From contig JADGRF010000120.1 of the NCBI GenBank assembly GCA_017881055.1, positions 489-64,488 on the forward strand: a DNA stretch of 64,000 nucleotides. The letters are read 5' to 3'. Under the pieces are notes generated by a model, which made no database searches, had not been told where the DNA came from, and saw only the letters and a list, made by a program, of their open reading frames with translations. Of this stretch, positions 62,994 through 64,000 are shown piece by piece. Each line of letters starts with the position of its first letter. Position 1 is the stretch's first letter. Source of the DNA: Sandaracinaceae bacterium. Its GTDB lineage: Bacteria; Myxococcota_A; Polyangia; Polyangiales; JAFGIB01. A program made the translations under genes and the position numbers.

Positions 62994-64000
62994 ATGATAG
63001 ACGCATCTCGTCGAATGCTCTCGCGCCGAGTGATGGCTGTGTTCGTCGCCATGACGACGGCGGCATGCTCGTCTCAAGATGCCAAGACCGACTCGGGGTC
63101 GGGTGGGACAACATCGGCTGTCCCGGTGTCCCAAGCAGGCGCGGGCGGGACAGGCGGTGATCGCGCGTCCGCCGGTAGCGGCGGTTCCAGCAGCACCGGC
63201 GGCACGGTCGACTCGGGGGGACCGCAAGGCACCGCCGGCGCCGCGGCTGGCATCGGCGGCGCCGCGGCTGGCACTGGCGGCAGCGCAGGCGCCGGCGGCG
63301 CACTCGCTAGTACCGCAAGCATCCAGCTGAGTGGCAACAAGATCCTCGACGCGAAAGGACGCGCCATTGTCGCGCGTGGCCCCGAGGATGTCGTCGCCAG
63401 CTCGAGTCAAACCAAGGAAATCGATCAGATTGCAGGGTTGGGAGCAAACGCCGTGCGAATGCTGTTCGCCCTCGACGCCGCGAACGCGATGACGCCGTCC
63501 GGTTTCGATGCGTTGCTGGCCTCGGCGGTCTCGCACCACATGCTGGTTTGGGTTTCGCTCTACACGTGGGACTCGGCGCACAGCAACGCGATTGCCAGCG
63601 CACTCGGCGGCGGCAACTTCTATTCGCTCACGGCTCCGCCAGGCACACCGGCTTGCTCATCCTCGACACCTGCGTCTTGCTACCTCGCGGTGTGGAGCCG
63701 CCAGTGGCTAAAGGATCTGATGAACAAGTATCGCAGCAACGTCATTATCGACGCGGGACAAGAGTTCATCAATCCTGGCGATGCTTCTTCCGAGGCAGCA
63801 CGGACCACCTGGGCCGCAGCCGCCAAGAGCAACATTCGCTTTCTTCGCGGCCAGGGATATACGAACCCGCTCGAGATCATGGCCAATTTCCAGGGCCGCG
63901 ACCTATACTGCATCGTCGAATATGGCGAGGCTATTCGCGCGGTGGACGCGGTAAGCGTGAACGGCGAGCCACAGACGATGTTCGGTTGGCAGGCCTATTG
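62994..64000 (+). CDS. Lipoprotein with (beta/alpha)8 clan GH-A (GH5-like) glycoside hydrolase domain; 3' end outside window
   Basis: Absent from the ORF track because there is no stop in the window. AAGGAGG (62983-62989) lies 4 nt before ATG 62994. Lipobox MTTAACSS. Gly/Ser/Ala linker. GANAVRMLF and IIDAGQEF strand-end motifs. The frame is open to base 64000. Confidence 0.6.
   Translation, partial: MIDASRRMLSRRVMAVFVAMTTAACSSQDAKTDSGSGGTTSAVPVSQAGAGGTGGDRASAGSGGSSSTGGTVDSGGPQGTAGAAAGIGGAAAGTGGSAGAGGALASTASIQLSGNKILDAKGRAIVARGPEDVVASSSQTKEIDQIAGLGANAVRMLFALDAANAMTPSGFDALLASAVSHHMLVWVSLYTWDSAHSNAIASALGGGNFYSLTAPPGTPACSSSTPASCYLAVWSRQWLKDLMNKYRSNVIIDAGQEFINPGDASSEAARTTWAAAAKSNIRFLRGQGYTNPLEIMANFQGRDLYCIVEYGEAIRAVDAVSVNGEPQTMFGWQAY

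Overview
Very GC-rich bacterial chromosomal segment. Codon third positions are almost always G/C, which produces many long antisense or alternate-frame shadow ORFs. Gene content, frequent lipoproteins and -24/-12 type promoters suggest a myxobacterium, but this is inference only.

Bases 1-17.8 kb are housekeeping:
- hflX
- a minus-strand string: hisD, ttcA, trmY-like, OM protein, lipoprotein, Pro-rich protein
- cysS, a DnaJ/TPR protein and radC
- the conserved rpmH-rnpA-yidD-yidC-jag block with convergent rsmG
- an AmgK-like kinase

From about 17.9 kb the window is accessory, stress-related and metabolic:
- a membrane-anchored triple-DsbA oxidoreductase
- a type III PKS / methyltransferase / acyltransferase operon
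- stress-type genes: BON, YflT-like, PRC-barrel, ferritin-like, DUF4398/OmpA and tandem USP
- a DUF3494 ice-binding-like lipoprotein, a phospholipase-C-type phosphoesterase and a beta-propeller lipoprotein
- a 15-kb carbohydrate block (xfp-ackA-pgi | gnd-zwf-glucokinase::HAD | GH15 glucoamylase | pgl | tal) encoding nearly the whole glucan-to-acetyl-phosphate phosphoketolase route
- a 2,825-aa cyclic beta-1,2-glucan synthase translationally coupled to the USP gene
- a PAS hybrid histidine kinase
- the 5' part of a GH-A hydrolase lipoprotein

I recognised no rRNA, tRNA, CRISPR, transposase or integrase.

Signals the gene list does not explain:
1. Seven correctly oriented sigma-54-like -24/-12 sites lie in front of the stress and accessory operons. 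Two are near-identical 16-mers. Three sit 14-16 nt from the ATG, which implies leaderless mRNAs.
2. A hairpin-forming tandem repeat family abuts gene 3' ends.
3. A decayed enhancer-binding-protein gene carries an in-frame TGA.
4. An orphan F1-ATPase beta N-terminal fragment is coupled to the xfp stop codon.

All family assignments come from motif reading by eye. No database search was run.
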